A DNA stretch of 20,997 nucleotides from Promethearchaeota archaeon (GTDB lineage: Archaea > Asgardarchaeota > Lokiarchaeia > Sigyniarchaeales > SOKP01): the NCBI GenBank assembly GCA_011364925.1, contig RDOA01000057.1, positions 1 to 20,997 on the forward strand. The letters are read 5' to 3'. The translations under genes were made by a program, and so were the position numbers. Positions 17,854 to 20,997 of the stretch are shown in pieces. The first letter of the stretch is position 1. Every line of letters begins with the position of its first letter. Under the pieces are notes generated by a model that made no database searches, was not told the origin of the DNA, and was given only the letters and a program-made list of their open reading frames with translations.

Positions 17854-18855
17854 CTAATATGCGTAACTTAAGACACCTTTAAAGCAGAGTTTAAATGGTA
17901 TAATTTTATACCCATTTTCAAACAATTTTACTTTAATTTGATGTTCACACCCGCTTTTCGCAAGTATCGTTGCTGAACCACCTCCTCCTGCACCATTGCA
18001 TTTGAATCCTATTGCACCATTAGCTTTTGCTATCTTTTCTACTTTATTTATATCGGGATTAACCATTAAGGGATGCAATCTTTTATTAGCATCCCAAGTT
18101 TTGTTCATGATATTTCCAATGTCTAATATGTCTGAATTTATAGCATCTTTCATTTCATAGGCGCAATCTTTCATGATGTTTAACGATTCTAAAGTATCAT
18201 GATCTTTCTTCATGTAATTTTTTATCACAGCAGTATGCATATCACTTGAACTTCTTGAGCTTAAGTATACCAATATAAATTGATTTTCTAGCTCGAAAAT
18301 TCGCTTTTCATTAATCTTAACTTTTGAAATCTTCACTTTAGGGTACTTAACTTCTATAAAGTTTATTCCTCCAAACGAAGCGGCATATTGATCTTGGACA
18401 CCACTTTCCAATCCTAACTCTTCAATTTCAAGTTTATGTGCTATAGTAGCAATCTCGTTTCGATCTAGATGCAATCCTCTATATGTTGCTAATGTAGAAA
18501 TTAATGCGACAGCAACACTTGCACTTGTGCCAGTTCCACAACCTGGAGGCGCATCTGCTCTCACATAAATATCTGCACCATTTTTAATCTCCATTCTTTT
18601 AACAGCAGCTTTTAATAAATCTAATGTTCCATTGTATTCTATATTTTTTGAACTGCTGATTTCAATAGTTTTTCTAAAATCTTTAGCAAAAATACGAATG
18701 TTAGATTTTTCAGTTTTTATAATCCTTACATGACTATAGAGATCAATACAAAAATTGAACACCGCACCTTCAGGATAAAACCAAGTATCCGTCCATCCAC
18801 CTATATCGCATATTCTCACAGGTGCCCTTGTTAAAACTTCCGTTATAGCACTCAT
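17854..18855 (-). CDS. GHMP-family sugar kinase, HddA (heptose-7-phosphate kinase)/fucokinase-like
   Basis: RAPVRICDIGGWTD, PPGCGTGTSAS (ATP loop), GVQDQYAASFGG and NGAGGGG. Confidence 0.88.
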   Translation of the reverse strand: MSAITEVLTRAPVRICDIGGWTDTWFYPEGAVFNFCIDLYSHVRIIKTEKSNIRIFAKDFRKTIEISSSKNIEYNGTLDLLKAAVKRMEIKNGADIYVRADAPPGCGTGTSASVAVALISTLATYRGLHLDRNEIATIAHKLEIEELGLESGVQDQYAASFGGINFIEVKYPKVKISKVKINEKRIFELENQFILVYLSSRSSSDMHTAVIKNYMKKDHDTLESLNIMKDCAYEMKDAINSDILDIGNIMNKTWDANKRLHPLMVNPDINKVEKIAKANGAIGFKCNGAGGGGSATILAKSGCEHQIKVKLFENGYKIIPFKLCFKGVLSYAY

Positions 18856-19144
18856 ATCGATGATTTATTATTGTAGTTCAATGAAGAGTTGTAGTTCTTT
18901 ATTGATTAAATTTTCATTTTTTTAAGAGATTAGAATTGAATTACAAGGTAAAATCGAAAAATGTATGCTCGAGTTTTGAAGCTGTTAATATCAAATCTAA
19001 ATGCTCGTATCCTTGAATTAGCGTTGCTGTACTCAGAATCTAAAGATTACGCTCTACTCCTCATTATTTAAGAGCTTATTACAATTTTCTTAGATCAAGT
19101 GTAGACTCATAATATTAACCTTCTATGATGTTTTTTCAACTAGA

Positions 19145-19218
19145 TTTAAATAGAAGTAGAAGAAATATACTTTAAGAACAAATTTATTTTTAAAACTTAT
19201 TTAAACAATTAAAGGAGG
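19145..19218 (+). promoter_or_regulatory. Putative histone gene promoter (TTTAAATA) and strong Shine-Dalgarno (AGGAGG)
   Basis: TTTAAATA at 19145-19152; AGGAGG at 19213-19218, 8 nt before ATG 19227. Confidence 0.6.
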
Positions 19219-19226
19219 AATAAAAA

Positions 19227-19433
19227 ATGGCTAAAAAAGCAGCTGCTGCAACACCAGACGTTTTATTTGTAAAATCCAAAATTCGAGACTACATCAAATC
19301 AAAGGGTTGTAACACAAGTGGAGATGTGATTGACGGACCTGCACTTAACGCCGCAATTACTGGTATTCTCGATAAAGCGATTGGTCGAGCTAAGGCTAAT
19401 GGAAGAAAGACTGTTCAAGAAAAAGATCTGTAG
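19227..19433 (+). CDS. Short histone-fold protein (alpha3-truncated, Bd0055/face-to-face-like) with an N-terminal tail
   Basis: Histone L2/alpha3 signature RAKANGRKTVQEKDL; alpha1 VLFVKSKIRDYIK; L1 NTS; strong SD upstream and terminator downstream. Confidence 0.9.
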   Translation: MAKKAAAATPDVLFVKSKIRDYIKSKGCNTSGDVIDGPALNAAITGILDKAIGRAKANGRKTVQEKDL

Positions 19434-19468
19434 AGTTAAAATCTCATATTAATGATTTTGCTCAACTT

Positions 19469-19509
19469 AAGGAAGAGTTTGTATTAGTACCTTTTATTCC
19501 TTTTTTTTT
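19469..19509 (+). terminator. Histone gene terminator: imperfect hairpin followed by T9
   Basis: AAGGAA (19469-19474) pairs with TTCCTT (19497-19502), with an inner GTA-ttag-TAC stem; T-run at 19501-19509. Confidence 0.6.
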
Positions 19510-19703
19510 ATTCAAAAAAATTAATAATTTCTCAGGGTATATTCTTTTTTAATCTTTAAACAGTTCAATAAAACTAACACACAATTAACACGACTTAATA
19601 GAATAAAAAATTCTTCCTAAATCGCCTTATCCTTGTTCTTTAATTCTTTGAAAGAAATTTTTTATTCTAATCTCTTCTTTTTACAGTTAGTCGCCATCAA
19701 CCT

Positions 19704-20249
19704 TTAGTCAATATGATGTGAATTAAACTCTTTATCAATTATAAAAAAATCAATCGCAATTACACTTTTTAACCTCTGCAACTTTTCTTTTAGTAATTTA
19801 ACTCGTTCATAAGGTCCTGAAACTGCTATGATTTCTAAACATTTTTCAAATTCTAAATGTATATGCATTGTTGATGTAATTACATCGTGAAAATGGTGTT
19901 GAATGTCGTTTTTTCGAATTTCATCTGTTTGTTGAACATTAGCATAAATTGGACCAGATTCATATTCGTGATCGTGATGATCATCGTCATGATTTACTTC
20001 ATGCGAGTGTTCATGTGAGAGTTCATTTCTGTGCTTACCGGGAAAATGTTCGTGCAACATAATAATAGGTATGCACCCAACAACATTCCCTGTCGTAACT
20101 CTTATATTTTCTTCACTGACCATTAAAGAATGCATTGCTTTTCTTATACTATCCGATCGGGAAATACCTAATTTTTCCCTAAATGCTTCAAACTTTTCAT
20201 ATAAATCTTTAGGAAGAGAAACTGTAAAGCGTTTGTATTCCTCCATCAT
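19704..20249 (-). CDS. nikR: NikR-family nickel-responsive regulator with a His-rich insertion
   Basis: RHH N-terminus (KRFTVSLPKDLYEKFE...SRSDSIRKAM); metal-binding domain DIQHHFHDVITSTMHIHLEFEKCLEIIAVSG retaining the His/His-x-His/Cys Ni ligands. The start could be 20246, 20249 or 20255. Confidence 0.92.
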   Translation of the reverse strand: MMEEYKRFTVSLPKDLYEKFEAFREKLGISRSDSIRKAMHSLMVSEENIRVTTGNVVGCIPIIMLHEHFPGKHRNELSHEHSHEVNHDDDHHDHEYESGPIYANVQQTDEIRKNDIQHHFHDVITSTMHIHLEFEKCLEIIAVSGPYERVKLLKEKLQRLKSVIAIDFFIIDKEFNSHHID

Positions 20250-20282
20250 AAACATCTTACAACATTATAATAAATACAAAAT

Positions 20283-20996
20283 TCATTTCTTAATTAAAAT
20301 AGCAATAGGTACACTTGCCTCCCGCCACTGGGCTATCTTACCCGAATATTCTAAGTCTAACTTCACTCGTCCGTGATCGCCTAATATTATCATCAATGAA
20401 TTATTCCTTAATTGTTTGTAATTCCCTAAAATCCATTTATCCGTGCGTAGAATTAACTTATCGATCAGATCCTCAGGTGTTCGCTGTTTTAAAGCTTGTT
20501 GTTGTTTGTGTAGATTCTCAAAATCCAGATAATGCATCCAAGAAAGCTCAAAATTATTAATTACCTTAGCAGATTCCACCCAAGTAGCCATATCAGTTTC
20601 TTTTGGAATCGAATAAGTTCCTCCATCGTATCTTTCAATATCCTTTTTTCGCCCTACAAAACAAGATTTTTTCCCATTGTCGTTTAAAAATTTAAGTAAA
20701 TGAAACCCATTAGGTTCGTAATCAAATCCTCCATACATAATTTGATGTAAAACCCCTAGAGTATAAGGATTCTTAGTTGAAAGGAGTAACATAACCTGGG
20801 AATTAGTAATCATAAATTGGGGTTTGTGATAAGTGAGTTCGAATAATCCAAAATTATCTATGGCGTTAACAGAGATTCTCTCAACACCTTGATACATCTC
20901 TACAACTGATTGAACGGGTTCCGGAACAGTTCCAGAAGGAGGATCAATCCCCAACAACTTGATAATGGTTGCGGGTAATTGATTTAAATAGCATTT
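20283..20996 (-). CDS. 5'-truncated alkaline-phosphatase-superfamily (nucleotide pyrophosphatase/PglZ-like) protein, compact and degenerate
   Basis: The frame is open to the window end (KCYLNQLPATIIKLLGID). Motifs AIDNFG, WMHYLDFENLH, IILGDHG and EASVPIAI. Confidence 0.65.
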   Translation of the reverse strand, partial: KCYLNQLPATIIKLLGIDPPSGTVPEPVQSVVEMYQGVERISVNAIDNFGLFELTYHKPQFMITNSQVMLLLSTKNPYTLGVLHQIMYGGFDYEPNGFHLLKFLNDNGKKSCFVGRKKDIERYDGGTYSIPKETDMATWVESAKVINNFELSWMHYLDFENLHKQQQALKQRTPEDLIDKLILRTDKWILGNYKQLRNNSLMIILGDHGRVKLDLEYSGKIAQWREASVPIAILIKK

Positions 20997-20997
20997 T

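Noticed and set aside
19107-19128. TCATA-N12-TATGA as a NikR operator
   Set aside because: Arm orientation and spacing differ from the E. coli-type GTATGA-N16-TCATAC site, the arms are short, and no nickel-related gene is adjacent.
1588-19433. Genome-wide TAG reassignment
   Set aside because: rdgB, rps3ae, the GHMP kinase and the histone end at TAG at or beyond their expected C-termini.
19452-19480. ATGA...AA...GA pattern after the histone gene as a possible eukaryote-like SECIS element
   Set aside because: The helix between the putative quartet halves pairs poorly, and no gene in the window has an in-frame TGA at a Cys-equivalent position.
11110-20560. Other short overlapping ORFs (11110-11298, 11490-11720, 12039-12242, 14062-14307, 14996-15217, 16248-16433, 16252-16452, 16679-16870, 17163-17384, 20071-20376, 20315-20560)
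   Set aside because: They overlap confident genes in antisense or alternative frames. The poly-K and poly-F stretches simply translate the terminator A/T tract.
1-20997. CRISPR arrays, tRNA/rRNA genes, transposases or integrases
   Set aside because: No regularly spaced repeats, cloverleaf or GC-rich structural RNA segments, or recombinase motifs were seen, and the spacers are short and AT-rich.

Overview
AT-rich archaeal chromosomal window, most consistent with an Asgard archaeon (Lokiarchaeia-like). The archaeal call rests on uS15/eS1 and archaeal GlmU; the Asgard call is an inference from two longin/roadblock-type proteins. Left part (+ strand): a probable three-gene cell-surface operon made of a 5'-truncated DUF11/TRAP-beta-like membrane protein, a 1601-aa membrane-anchored subtilase with a predicted cytoplasmic double zinc ribbon, and a duplicated FtsX/MacB-type permease with no ATPase in the window. 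Middle and right: rdgB, rps15-rps3ae, a GlmU-like sugar nucleotidyltransferase, a tandem-longin protein, a sirtuin, a B12-binding-type radical SAM enzyme, rubrerythrin, a longin-roadblock fusion, an HddA-like GHMP kinase, a short alpha3-truncated histone with a Lys-containing N-terminal tail, a NikR with a His-rich insertion, and a truncated degenerate alkaline-phosphatase-superfamily gene. No rRNA, tRNA, CRISPR array or mobile element was recognised. The best candidates for new biology are the receptor-like protease operon (including a single in-frame TAG between protease and permease), the tailed non-canonical histone, and the two longin-family proteins. All domain calls are by-eye motif recognition and were not checked by database search.
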